From assembly GCA_030614005.1 (NCBI GenBank), contig JAUWKS010000028.1:1-32000 (forward strand): a stretch of 32,000 nt of DNA, read 5' to 3'. Made by a program: the position numbers and the translations under genes. Positions 1 through 9,387 of the stretch are shown here, one piece after another. Position 1 is the first letter of the stretch. Each line of letters begins with the position of its first letter. Below the pieces are notes generated by a model. It saw only the letters and a program-made list of their open reading frames with translations, made no database searches and was not told the origin of the DNA. Source of the stretch: Candidatus Heimdallarchaeota archaeon (GTDB lineage: Archaea; Asgardarchaeota; Heimdallarchaeia; JABLTI01).

Positions 1-153
1 AAAAAATACTACTGCATATCCAAAAAGACCAAAGAGTAACGCTTTGAATCTTTTTCGTACTAACAATAGTGTTATCCAAATAGCTGCTAATATTAGGTCG
101 AAATAGATAAAATCGATGTCCATCACTCTTGCGACATCATGGTAATCAAACAT
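1..153 (-). CDS. 5' part of a hypothetical membrane protein (runs off the window start)
   Basis: ATG at 153 opens a stop-free frame MFDYHDVARVMDIDFIYFDLILAAIWITLLLVRKRFKALLFGLFGYAVVFF with hydrophobic segments; divergent from nog1; not in the ORF track. Confidence 0.6.
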   Translation of the reverse strand, partial: MFDYHDVARVMDIDFIYFDLILAAIWITLLLVRKRFKALLFGLFGYAVVFF

Positions 154-296
154 AAGAGAGATTGAAACAAATAATCCTTTTTATTCTTTTTTACTCAAAA
201 TAACTTATTTTGTTTTTTACTAGAAACAAGATTAAAAAGCATGAAGTATTCTACATCAGTTATAGTATAAAAATTGTTGAACCCTGGTGCAATATT

Positions 297-1430
297 TTGA
301 GCCTATTTAAGAGAATACGACATATACCAACATCGGAAAAATTAGCTGATATAATTTTTTCCAAATTGCGCAAAATTAAAGTGGAAGCTCCTAGTGGTTC
401 AAAGAAACGAAGATCTGATCAATCCTTCCACAAAACACTTTATTTCCGACAATTTCGTTATCTCTTTCCTGAACTTGAAGATCGATTGAAGTTAATAGCA
501 GATAGTTTTCCAATTATAGAAGAATTGCATCCATTTCATATAGAGCTAATTGAAGTTCTGTTCGGTGTTGGTAAAATTAGAACTGCACTTTCTAGAATAA
601 ATAACACTAGAAAAGCGTTGAAAAGCATTTCGCGTGATGTTAACAAACGACTAGGCACTAGCGAAACTCCGGCTGAATCTAAGAAAGCTAGAGCAGAAGC
701 TTTCGGACGTGTAGGTTCAACAATAAGCAAACTCAAGAAACCTCTTGATACTTTAATTGATGCGAAAATTCAATTGTCACGAGTTCCCGATTTTAATTTA
801 ACTCAACATACAATTGCTTTTGCTGGTGGACCAAATGCCGGGAAATCTAGTTTTGTAAAGCTCGTATCGACTGGGACACCTGAAATCAATGCTTATCCAT
901 TCACTACAAAGGAGCTGGTGATTGGTCATAGAAAGAGAAATCAATTTGAAAGTGTTCAATTAATGGATACTCCCGGATTACTTGACAGACCTTTAGTAGA
1001 ACGTAATGCAATTGAGATGAGGAGTATTCTTGCTCTGAAATATCTTGCAGATCTCATTGTTTTTCTTTATGATCCATCAATACAATCATCTCTAAGTTTA
1101 GAGCAACAATTGAGTCTTCTAACAGAAATCAAAACTCAATTTGAGGATATTCCCATCATCTGTTTTATCAATAAACAAGATACTTTGACAGAAAAAGAGC
1201 TTGCTGAGGTTCGATCTTTAGTGGGCGATTATGAAGCTATTTCTACACTTGAAGAAAATTCGAAGGAATTAGAGAGAATAGTCACAGAAATAATTGACTC
1301 TCTTCCACCTAAGAAATTAATCTTTGATAAGAAAAAGGAAGAAAAGATAATAGAAAAACCGGGCAAGAGGCGTGTGAAAGAAGACAAGATTGAGTGGATA
1401 TTCTTTGACGAAGATGATAGTGAAGATTGA
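297..1430 (+). CDS. nog1: Nog1-family (OBG-like) ribosome biogenesis GTPase
   Basis: G1 GGPNAGKSS, G2 YPFTT, G3 DTPGLLDRP, G4 NKQD, N-terminal helical domain (EELHPFH). Start placed at TTG 297 (MSLFKRIRHIPT); the ORF extends upstream to 210. Confidence 0.92.
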   Translation: MSLFKRIRHIPTSEKLADIIFSKLRKIKVEAPSGSKKRRSDQSFHKTLYFRQFRYLFPELEDRLKLIADSFPIIEELHPFHIELIEVLFGVGKIRTALSRINNTRKALKSISRDVNKRLGTSETPAESKKARAEAFGRVGSTISKLKKPLDTLIDAKIQLSRVPDFNLTQHTIAFAGGPNAGKSSFVKLVSTGTPEINAYPFTTKELVIGHRKRNQFESVQLMDTPGLLDRPLVERNAIEMRSILALKYLADLIVFLYDPSIQSSLSLEQQLSLLTEIKTQFEDIPIICFINKQDTLTEKELAEVRSLVGDYEAISTLEENSKELERIVTEIIDSLPPKKLIFDKKKEEKIIEKPGKRRVKEDKIEWIFFDEDDSED

Positions 1431-2484
1431 TGGAAGTTTGTTGGAAGGTGGAGGAGCGATTTTAAGAAATGCTGTTGCATTATCTGCTCTTCATAAAACG
1501 CCAATAGAAGTTTACAATATCCGCGCTAAACGTTCTAAACCCGGTTTACGAAATCAGCACGTTAAAGTAATTGAAGCAATTTGTGCTATATCTGGTGGAA
1601 AAATGGAAGGTGTTTATACGGGATCATCTGTCATTCGTTTTTATCCTGGTAAACTAAAGGGTGGAGAATATACAATTGATATAGGTACTGCTGGAAGTTT
1701 ATCCCTTCTTCTACAAGCAATAATTCCAGTAGCTGCAAAGTGCCCTGATCCTGTTAAATTATTAATGAAAGGTGGAACAGATGTTAGATGGTCCCCCTCA
1801 ATAGACTATATTCGACATGTCTATTTACCTATGCTGGAGAAATTGGGTTTAGAAGCAACTATATGTGTTGGTCGTCGTGGTCATTATCCAAAAGGTGGTG
1901 GAACACTATCTTGTGACATTGAACCACTTATTCGGATGAAACCTATTCAATATCAATTTGATGAACCCTTGAAGCCTCAATGTATTTGCGGGAAGGTTCA
2001 TGCAGTCAGATTACCATGTACTATTGCAGAAAGAATTACTACCTCAGCAGTAGACTTTATTGAGAATAGTGGTTTCCATATAGCTGCAATTGAACAAGAG
2101 TGTCCTGAACCAAAATATGATGTTCATGTTGGTCCTGGAACTGGCATAACTCTTTGGTCTTGTAATAATTTTGGTACAATATTGGCTGGTGATGGTTTGG
2201 GTGAAAAAGGTCTTCCAGCTGAAAAGGTAGGTCAAATTGCGGCAGAAAATATTATTGAGCAGATTAAGATAGGCAGACCAATTGATTATCATCTTGCTGA
2301 TCAATTAATAATTTGGATGGGTATTTCTGACTTTCCGTCTGTAATTGATACAAATAGGATTACGCTTCATACCCTAACAAATATTGAAATTCTGAAATTA
2401 CTGACGAAAGCTGAGTTTACAGTGCAAGGAAAGGTCGGAGAACCTGGGGTAATTTCTTGTGAACCAAATTATCTTTCCGAATAA
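1414..2484 (+). CDS. rtcA: RNA 3'-terminal phosphate cyclase
   Basis: IDGSLLEGGGAILR, RAKRSKPGLRNQH, GGTDVRWSPSIDY, RRGHYPKGGG, catalytic His motif DYHLADQL; ATG 1414 overlaps the nog1 3' end. Confidence 0.95.
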   Translation: MIVKIDGSLLEGGGAILRNAVALSALHKTPIEVYNIRAKRSKPGLRNQHVKVIEAICAISGGKMEGVYTGSSVIRFYPGKLKGGEYTIDIGTAGSLSLLLQAIIPVAAKCPDPVKLLMKGGTDVRWSPSIDYIRHVYLPMLEKLGLEATICVGRRGHYPKGGGTLSCDIEPLIRMKPIQYQFDEPLKPQCICGKVHAVRLPCTIAERITTSAVDFIENSGFHIAAIEQECPEPKYDVHVGPGTGITLWSCNNFGTILAGDGLGEKGLPAEKVGQIAAENIIEQIKIGRPIDYHLADQLIIWMGISDFPSVIDTNRITLHTLTNIEILKLLTKAEFTVQGKVGEPGVISCEPNYLSE

Positions 2485-2568
2485 TCGCTATTTTAACAAA
2501 AAGCTGAGCTGTCTTAATAATTATTAATTAAGAAAAGTATTATTTTACTCAATTACGGATGGTTAATT

Positions 2569-2937
2569 ATGTATCATATAACACCAGAGGATGAGAAAAA
2601 ACTAGCTGCCCTTAGTTCATACCAACAAGCAATTCTTCGCATTTTAGCTGAAGTTCCAAAAGGAAAAGTGACTACATACGGTGATCTTGCAAAGGAGCTT
2701 GCTAAGAGAGATTCACGTTACTCTCCAAATGCCTCTCGAGCAGTTGGCACTACAATGAAAAATAATGTTTGTGGACCACAAATCCCTTGTCATAGAGTAA
2801 TTAAATCGGATGGTTCTATTGGTAATTTTCGTGGTGAAGCAAAGGCTACAGATGAAAAAACAGCTATGCTTCGTGATGAAGGTGTAGAAATCATTCGAGG
2901 CAAAATTAGTTTGAGAATGTTTCGTCATACTTTCTAG
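2569..2937 (+). CDS. ogt: O6-alkylguanine-DNA alkyltransferase (MGMT), C-terminal domain only
   Basis: IPKG-like VPKGKVTTYG, RAVG helix-turn-helix, active-site IPCHRVI. Confidence 0.9.
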   Translation: MYHITPEDEKKLAALSSYQQAILRILAEVPKGKVTTYGDLAKELAKRDSRYSPNASRAVGTTMKNNVCGPQIPCHRVIKSDGSIGNFRGEAKATDEKTAMLRDEGVEIIRGKISLRMFRHTF

Positions 2938-2940
2938 CGA

Positions 2941-3459
2941 TTATTTATCAGAGGAATTTATAACCTTAATTCGAGTTAATCCATCTATATCTGTAATTAT
3001 ACCAACAACTGCTTTTGGTAGTAATTTCTTCCAATCTTTTTTTCCTTTTTTCATCAAGTCTCTAACATGTTCCGCACTATATTCCTCTCTTTCAAAGAGC
3101 GGTGGAGTTCTGACTTCTTTACCTGCTTGTTCAAAAAGATATCTTGTATGAGGATTGTTAGTATAGACAATGTCGAATTTTGGCACTAACCGTGTTATAT
3201 GAGCAACCCATAGACCATTATCATTAAGATCATTTGCTGGAATAATAATCACTCGAGTAATATCCTTCAATTCTTCTATCAATGAATTATGAATCATATC
3301 GTATCTTTCGCCAGCTGTAAAAGGGTTCTTTGGTTGATGGCTTTGTTGGGATGCCGCAATGATAACGATGAGATCATCTACTTCATTAAGAATATACTTT
3401 ATAACACTCAGATGCCCGTTATGGAAGGGCTGAAATCTTCCGACAATCATTCCACGCAT
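2941..3459 (-). CDS. nadM: Nicotinamide-nucleotide adenylyltransferase (archaeal NadM)
   Basis: GRFQPFHNGH, NPFTAGER, YSAEHVR motifs. Confidence 0.93.
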   Translation of the reverse strand: MRGMIVGRFQPFHNGHLSVIKYILNEVDDLIVIIAASQQSHQPKNPFTAGERYDMIHNSLIEELKDITRVIIIPANDLNDNGLWVAHITRLVPKFDIVYTNNPHTRYLFEQAGKEVRTPPLFEREEYSAEHVRDLMKKGKKDWKKLLPKAVVGIITDIDGLTRIKVINSSDK

Positions 3460-3666
3460 TATGTTTCACACTTTTGATTGAATTGATAGTAATAATTAAC
3501 TTTTAGTTTTAGTACTCTTTTAAAGTTATTAATGAAAGTATTTAAGTTCAGCTTGTTAAAAAACTTTATAAGGTATTTCCCAACATTCGAGAACTGATAC
3601 GTATTAAAGTTGTTTTGTCCAATTCTTCGACAGTATCTACTGGACAAAAAAAAGCTGTGATAAGCC

Positions 3667-4506
3667 ATGGAAATTGAGGTCATCAAAACTAAGGATAAAA
3701 ATAGACTGAATTTCATCATTAGAGGAAGTAATGATACATTCGTTAATGCTTTGAGAAGAACTATCATAAGTGAAGTTCCTACTTTAGCTGTTGAAGATAT
3801 CATCTTAGTTGAGAATACCTCTCCAGTCTTAGATGAAATCGTTGCTCACAGATTGGGTTTAATTCCCCTAACTACTCCCCCCGATGAATTTACTGTTGCA
3901 AGTGAATGCGAAAATTGCGGTGGGGAAGGATGTCATGTCTGTTCTGTTTCACTTACTCTTGATGTGGAAGCTAATGATGAGGATGTTACTTCCGTCTATT
4001 CAAAAGATCTTATTTCTAATGATTCTAAAATTGTTCCAGTAGCAGATAAAATCCAAGTAGCGAAACTTGGCCCAGGACAGAAAATTACTCTTGAAGCCAT
4101 TGCAATGATGGGTAGGGGTAAAGAACATGCAAAATGGTCTCCAGTAGTAACTTGTTCATATCGATATTATCCTAAGGTTATACAAGATTCATCAAAATGC
4201 ACTGGATGTGATGAATGTGTTGACGCCTGTCCAAAAAATATTCTTAAGGTTATCAAAAAGGTAGTAAAATTAACTGCTCCTTTAGAATGTCTTCTCTGTG
4301 ATTTGTGCACGAAGGCCTGTGCTCCTTATGAGTCATTGGTAATGGGTAAAGTCGACGGTGATTACATATTCTTCTTAGAATCAACTGGAGCATTACCTCC
4401 AAAAGAGATATTTAAGAAAGCAACCGAAATCCTCAAAAGTAAAGCTAAGGACTTCGAGAATGCTTACAAAGTAGCTCATGAAACTTTCATGAAGAAAAAG
4501 AAATAA
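3667..4506 (+). CDS. rpoD: DNA-directed RNA polymerase subunit D (Rpo3) with Zn loop and ferredoxin-like domain
   Basis: NALRRTIISEVPTLAV, AHRLGLIPL, GRGKEHAKWSP; CENCGGEGCHVC; two CxxCxxCxxxC motifs (CTGCDECVDAC, CLLCDLCTKAC). Confidence 0.97.
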   Translation: MEIEVIKTKDKNRLNFIIRGSNDTFVNALRRTIISEVPTLAVEDIILVENTSPVLDEIVAHRLGLIPLTTPPDEFTVASECENCGGEGCHVCSVSLTLDVEANDEDVTSVYSKDLISNDSKIVPVADKIQVAKLGPGQKITLEAIAMMGRGKEHAKWSPVVTCSYRYYPKVIQDSSKCTGCDECVDACPKNILKVIKKVVKLTAPLECLLCDLCTKACAPYESLVMGKVDGDYIFFLESTGALPPKEIFKKATEILKSKAKDFENAYKVAHETFMKKKK

Positions 4507-4586
4507 TTTAGCGTATCAGTTAATCAATAAATCAAGTTAATCCTAAAAATTGTTTTCAGTAAATGAAGACGGAGGATTGTGAGTAA

Positions 4587-4958
4587 ATGCCAAAACCAAC
4601 AGGGCCATCAGATCCAAATACCGTCGCGTTAATACGTGACTTAAGAAAGAAAGGTGCTAAAGATAAGAAGTACACTTTTTGGACGGTTCTCTCTAAAAAA
4701 TTGGAAAAACCACGCCGAATAAGACCAGCTATTAATCTTAGCAAGATAAGTCGTTATGCTAAGAAAACAGAGCTTGTTGTTGTTCCAGGCAAAGTTTTAG
4801 CCTCTGGAGAGATAAAGGGCAGCTATACAATTGCTGCTTTGAATTTTAGCGAAGTCGCTGAAACGAAAATAGTTAAAGCTGGCGGAAAAGCAATTTCATT
4901 AAGAGACTTAATGAATTTACCCGCAGCAGAAATCAAGAATGTTCGTATTCTTGCTTAA
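4587..4958 (+). CDS. rpl18e: 50S ribosomal protein L18e (eL18)
   Basis: LEKPRRIRPAINLSKI, VVVPGKVLASG, AALNFS; canonical position after rpoD. Confidence 0.96.
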   Translation: MPKPTGPSDPNTVALIRDLRKKGAKDKKYTFWTVLSKKLEKPRRIRPAINLSKISRYAKKTELVVVPGKVLASGEIKGSYTIAALNFSEVAETKIVKAGGKAISLRDLMNLPAAEIKNVRILA

Positions 4959-4980
4959 TTAGCCCGAAGAAGTGATTACT

Positions 4981-5454
4981 ATGTCCAATCATACAGTTAT
5001 CGACGCAGAAGGAGCAATCTTAGGCAGATTATCAACATTTGTTGCAAAACGATTATTGACTGGTGAGACAGTTGATATTCTCAACGTTGAGAAAATTATT
5101 ATCTCAGGCAAGCCCAAGTCAGTTATTGCGCAATACAAAGAACGTCTTGGTATCCGAAGTAAATATAATCCTCTTAGAGGTCCATTCCATTACAGACGAC
5201 CTGATAGATTTGTAAGACGGTCCATTCGTGGAATGCTTCCATACAAAAAACCACGGGGAAAGGCTGCTTTCCATCGTTTGAAATGCTATATCCAAGTACC
5301 AGTGGAATTTGAAAAAGTTAAGAAGATTACAATTCCAGAAGCAGATTCAACAAAATTAACAAGCAAACGAATTACTGTTGCTGCTCTCTGTAAACAGTTA
5401 GGTTGGAATTACAACCCAGAACTGGATCCAAATTATCAACCAGTAGAAGAATAG
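4981..5454 (+). CDS. rpl13: 50S ribosomal protein L13 (uL13)
   Basis: VIDAEGAILGRLST, GPFHYRRPDRFVRRSIRGMLPYKKPRG. Confidence 0.97.
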   Translation: MSNHTVIDAEGAILGRLSTFVAKRLLTGETVDILNVEKIIISGKPKSVIAQYKERLGIRSKYNPLRGPFHYRRPDRFVRRSIRGMLPYKKPRGKAAFHRLKCYIQVPVEFEKVKKITIPEADSTKLTSKRITVAALCKQLGWNYNPELDPNYQPVEE

Positions 5455-5465
5455 GTGATTAAGAA

Positions 5466-5876
5466 ATGTCTTCAAAACGAATTGTTCTAACCTCTGGTAA
5501 AAGAAAAACAGCTATTGCGCGAGCAACTACTAAAGCTGGCAAAGGTCGCATACGAATCAATTCCATTCCACTTGAGGTTTTCCCCTCAGAATTAGCACGA
5601 ATGAAAATTCAAGAGCCATTACTCCTTGCCGGAGAAGCAGTCATCACTGTAGTTGACATTAGTGTTAACGTCAAAGGTGGAGGCACCGTTGGTCAAGCAG
5701 ATGCTGTTAGAACCGCAATTGGTAGAGCTTTAGTAAAATGGACAGAAGATCCTGAATTAAGAAGTAAATTCTTACATTACGATAGAACCATTTTAGTTGC
5801 TGATTCCAGGAGAAAAGAACAAAAGAAAGCTGGTGGACCTGGAGCAAGAGCTAAATACCAGAAATCCTATCGTTAA
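5466..5876 (+). CDS. rps9: 30S ribosomal protein S9 (uS9)
   Basis: [50 protein letters not shown]. Confidence 0.98.
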   Translation: MSSKRIVLTSGKRKTAIARATTKAGKGRIRINSIPLEVFPSELARMKIQEPLLLAGEAVITVVDISVNVKGGGTVGQADAVRTAIGRALVKWTEDPELRSKFLHYDRTILVADSRRKEQKKAGGPGARAKYQKSYR

Positions 5877-5903
5877 ATTATACACAAAATATTTATTCAG
5901 AGT

Positions 5904-5922
5904 TTGGTGGATCTTCCACCAA
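5904..5922 (+). terminator. Hairpin plus T-rich tract ending the rpoD-rps9 operon
   Basis: TTGGTGGA-TCT-TCCACCAA perfect 8-bp stem followed by CAATTTTTCATTTTT. Confidence 0.55.
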
Positions 5923-6030
5923 CAATTTTTCATTTTTATATTCAAGTTATACTTGCTTGCTTATTATTAGCATACTAGGTAACTAAACTAAAAATTGATT
6001 ATAGATTAAAAAACAAGGTTGAAAAAATTA

Positions 6031-6417
6031 ATGAGTCGAACTAAAGATTGGTTACAATATTCCGAAGAATTAGTTAAAATTGCTGATTTACTAATGGATA
6101 AAGGTCGTTTTTCATGGTCATGTTTTACTTCTCAACAAGCTGCCACAGCAGCTCTTAAAGCAATTCTATTTAAAATGGAAGAACCTACTTTTGGGGATAA
6201 CCTTATTGCTCTTTTAAGGACAGTAAAAGAAAATATTGCTATTCCTGATGATGTAAAAGATGCATGTCATCACATTAACGATTATTTCAAAACTAGTCGA
6301 GATTTAGAAAACAAACCAGAGGGTACTCCTCTTAACTATTTCTCTCTCGAGGAATCCCAAAAAGCTAAAAGTGATGCTTTGACAGTTATTCGATTTGCCT
6401 ATCATGAATCTCAATAA
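6031..6417 (+). CDS. Stand-alone HEPN-domain protein (COG2250-like)
   Basis: WLQYSEE...ADLL...GRFSWSCFTSQQAATAALKA matches the HEPN helix pattern (ACF.AQQAAEKALKA). Confidence 0.8.
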   Translation: MSRTKDWLQYSEELVKIADLLMDKGRFSWSCFTSQQAATAALKAILFKMEEPTFGDNLIALLRTVKENIAIPDDVKDACHHINDYFKTSRDLENKPEGTPLNYFSLEESQKAKSDALTVIRFAYHESQ

Positions 6418-6524
6418 TTGACTGGTGTTACATAAATTATAAGGGTTATATTTTCCCTTAGTCATTAAAGTTCATTTAAATACTAAACCATTCCCTTACA
6501 CTATAGAAAGGAGTTCAAAAGAAA

Positions 6525-7970
6525 ATGTCCCTCTTCTCGTTTGGTCAAGATGCTATAAGTTTTGCATTAAATGAAGAAGCAGATTATATAGATGTACGAA
6601 TGGAAAATGCTTTTGAAAATTATGTTGGTATGCGAAATTCAAAATTATGTGGAGTGAATACTCAACTTCGTGAAAGTATTGGTGTTAGAGTATTGTTTAA
6701 TGGTTTTTGGGGTTTTGCTGCTACTGCTTCATTAGATACTCCCTCAATAAAATCAGCAGTTGAATCTGCACTATTGAGTACAAAAAAAATTGCTAAAAAA
6801 TATCCGGAAAAGAAGAGTAATTTAGCTGATATGACTACTCGGAAAACAAGTGTTGCAGATGAGTGTAAAAAATCCCCACAATTAATTGATCCAAGTGAGC
6901 GAATAGCTCTTGTTTCTGATATTAATTCGAGAATTAATGCCAGAGTAAAGGATCTTACTGTGTTAGATATTAAATTAATAGAAAATAACACTCAGAAATT
7001 TTTCCTGAATTCAGATGGTACACAAATAGAACAAATTCTCATTAGAGCAAGTCTATTTTTAGGTTCTTCAATGATGGGTTCTAGTACTTTGCCAAAAATC
7101 CGCACAGTTGGTTTTGGAGGCGTTGGTGGAATTGAACAATTTCAAACCTTGGAATTTGATACCTTTATTACAAATTTCACATCAAGTTTGCCAAAAATAG
7201 CTCAAGCTAGATTAGTAAAACCAGCAGAACAACCTGTTATTTTGAATGAGGAAATGGGTTGGAATTTGTGTCATGAATTTTGTCATGCAGTTGAATCTGA
7301 TCTAATTTTAGAAGGAAGATCCTCTCTTGGAAATCAAATAGGTTCTAAAATTGGTTCAGAAGAAGTTACTATTATAGATGATGCTAGTTTTAAAGGGTAC
7401 GGTGAATATTATTTCGATGATGAGGGTGTAAAAGCTTCTGGTACACTTATCGTTGAAGACGGAATATTGTTTGATATTTTACAATCAAGAGAGACTGCAG
7501 GTGAAATGAACGCGATTCCTACAAGCAATGGCCGTGCTGAGAGTAGTTTGCATATACCATTAGTGCGGCAAAGTAATACTTTCTTTGAGCCTGGAAATTT
7601 ATCATTAGAAGAATTGCTTGAAAATACTCGTTCAGGATTATTTGTTTGTGATTCCTTCGGTGGTATTTCAGATACTATACAGGGGAACTTTCAGCTTGAT
7701 GCTCAATATGGTCGAAAAATTGAGAAGGGAGAGCTTGGTGATTATGTTACCAATTTCTCTTTAGTTGGTAATTTATTCTCTATTCTAGGTACTATTGATG
7801 GAATGACAAAGGATTTGGGAAGTTATCCTGCTTATTGTAACAAAGGTGGTCAAAGTGTTAGAGTTGGTGCAATTTCTCCAAAAGTAAGTTTGAAGAATAT
7901 CGGCATTATCACTAATATTGCACAAAGGCATATTCGTAAAATTGATTTCGAGAAAATGAGGGAAAGATGA
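6525..7970 (+). CDS. tldD: TldD-family metalloprotease subunit
   Basis: GIGVRV-like SIGVRVLFNGFWGFAA, TIIDDAS..YG.Y.FDDEGV, RQSNTFFEPG, C-terminal YCNKGGQSVRVG with metal-ligand Cys; HEFCH metal motif. Confidence 0.88.
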   Translation: MSLFSFGQDAISFALNEEADYIDVRMENAFENYVGMRNSKLCGVNTQLRESIGVRVLFNGFWGFAATASLDTPSIKSAVESALLSTKKIAKKYPEKKSNLADMTTRKTSVADECKKSPQLIDPSERIALVSDINSRINARVKDLTVLDIKLIENNTQKFFLNSDGTQIEQILIRASLFLGSSMMGSSTLPKIRTVGFGGVGGIEQFQTLEFDTFITNFTSSLPKIAQARLVKPAEQPVILNEEMGWNLCHEFCHAVESDLILEGRSSLGNQIGSKIGSEEVTIIDDASFKGYGEYYFDDEGVKASGTLIVEDGILFDILQSRETAGEMNAIPTSNGRAESSLHIPLVRQSNTFFEPGNLSLEELLENTRSGLFVCDSFGGISDTIQGNFQLDAQYGRKIEKGELGDYVTNFSLVGNLFSILGTIDGMTKDLGSYPAYCNKGGQSVRVGAISPKVSLKNIGIITNIAQRHIRKIDFEKMRER

Positions 7971-7971
7971 G

Positions 7972-9336
7972 ATGCTAGAAGTTATCGGTGAATTAATTCT
8001 TAAACACGCTCAAAAAATTGGTATAGATGCTGTTGAAGCTTTTCTTCAAAAGAAGTCTCTAAAAAGAATTGTAATGAATAAAGGAACAATAAAAAATGTT
8101 TCAGAGCATGATCTTTCCGGTTTTGCTGTGCGCTCAATAATCGATAAGCGAATGGGATTTGTCTCCTCAAATTCATCAAGTAATATTGAAGCTACAGTTG
8201 AACTTTCTCTACAAAATGCAAAGAGCTCTATACAAAACGTTTCAAGAGATTTTGTTGATTCTAAATCTATTACTCACGTGAAAAATATTCGTGATAATAA
8301 CCTTCGAGATATTACACTAGATGAGATAAGTGATAAACTAATTACTATGCTTGAATCGATAGAATCTTCAAAACCAATTTTGAATATTGCTGGTTCAGTA
8401 TTAGTTGAAACTGAAGAGCGTTTGGTTGCTAATTCACAAGGATTGTGGAAAAGAGAAGTAGGTACACGCTTACTCGTAGAACTCGAGACTGCAATTCAAA
8501 TAGATGATTTCATTGGTGTTGGAATTAGTAACGAATGCTCTCGAGCGTTGGATAAAAATTGGCCTGATTTATTTAACTCAGCAATTAAAAGTGCTTATTC
8601 TCAACAAGGTAAAAAGAAACTATCACTAGTAAAACCTAAAGCGATAGTTTTCAGTTCGGAAGCGATTGCTCAAATTTTAGCTTTTTCATTGATTCCCTCG
8701 TTTTATTCAACAAATGAAAGCGCACATTGCGAATCGACACAGAAAAGAAATTTCACAAAAGATATTGAATTAATTGATGATCCAACAATTCCCGGCGCAC
8801 TTAATACTTTTGGTTTTGATGATGAAGGACATCCTACTAAACCAAGAACGATTATTAGTAAAGGAAAATGCAAGCGTTTACTGGGTATGAGCTTTGCCTG
8901 TTCTGATGAATTCCAAAAAGCAAAATACCAAGGAAATTGTTTTAGAGTTGCTTCTGTGAGTAATGAAAGTCGAAGCTATTCATATCCCCCTGTAGTTTCA
9001 GCTTCGAATTTGATAATGAAATCTTACGTTCCGGTCAAAGACAATATTTTAGGTTATTTATCAGATGGAATCTATGTTAAACAGATAACAGGAGCTCAAG
9101 ATGCAAATTATTTCTCTGGTGATTTCAATCTCACTGTTACCGAAGGATATGAAATAAGAAACGGTGAAATTACTAATCCTATTTTACCTTGTTTTTGCTC
9201 TGGTAATATTTACAAAATTTTGGATGATCCTTCTCTAATTTTGGGATGTAATTCAAAACAAGTACCTATCACTGTAACACCACTAAATATCTTCACTCCT
9301 GAATTATTAACTTCAAGAATAACCATTGCAGTGTAG
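7972..9336 (+). CDS. pmbA: TldE/PmbA-family subunit
   Basis: Directly follows tldD; GFAVRSIIDKRMGF, LIDDPTIPGALNTFGFDDEGHPT, SGDFNL; no HExxxH motif. Confidence 0.85.
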   Translation: MLEVIGELILKHAQKIGIDAVEAFLQKKSLKRIVMNKGTIKNVSEHDLSGFAVRSIIDKRMGFVSSNSSSNIEATVELSLQNAKSSIQNVSRDFVDSKSITHVKNIRDNNLRDITLDEISDKLITMLESIESSKPILNIAGSVLVETEERLVANSQGLWKREVGTRLLVELETAIQIDDFIGVGISNECSRALDKNWPDLFNSAIKSAYSQQGKKKLSLVKPKAIVFSSEAIAQILAFSLIPSFYSTNESAHCESTQKRNFTKDIELIDDPTIPGALNTFGFDDEGHPTKPRTIISKGKCKRLLGMSFACSDEFQKAKYQGNCFRVASVSNESRSYSYPPVVSASNLIMKSYVPVKDNILGYLSDGIYVKQITGAQDANYFSGDFNLTVTEGYEIRNGEITNPILPCFCSGNIYKILDDPSLILGCNSKQVPITVTPLNIFTPELLTSRITIAV

Positions 9337-9387
9337 CTAGGTAAAATAAGAAAAATAAATAAAAAAGGAAGAATAAGAACTAATCAA

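Noticed and set aside
3459-3803. 114-aa minus-strand ORF, and similar short ORFs (536..736, 1229..1504, 2044..2304, 6662..6991, 15931..16152, 17315..17584, 29969..30190 and others)
   Set aside because: They overlap well-supported genes or promoter regions, with atypical composition and no motifs.
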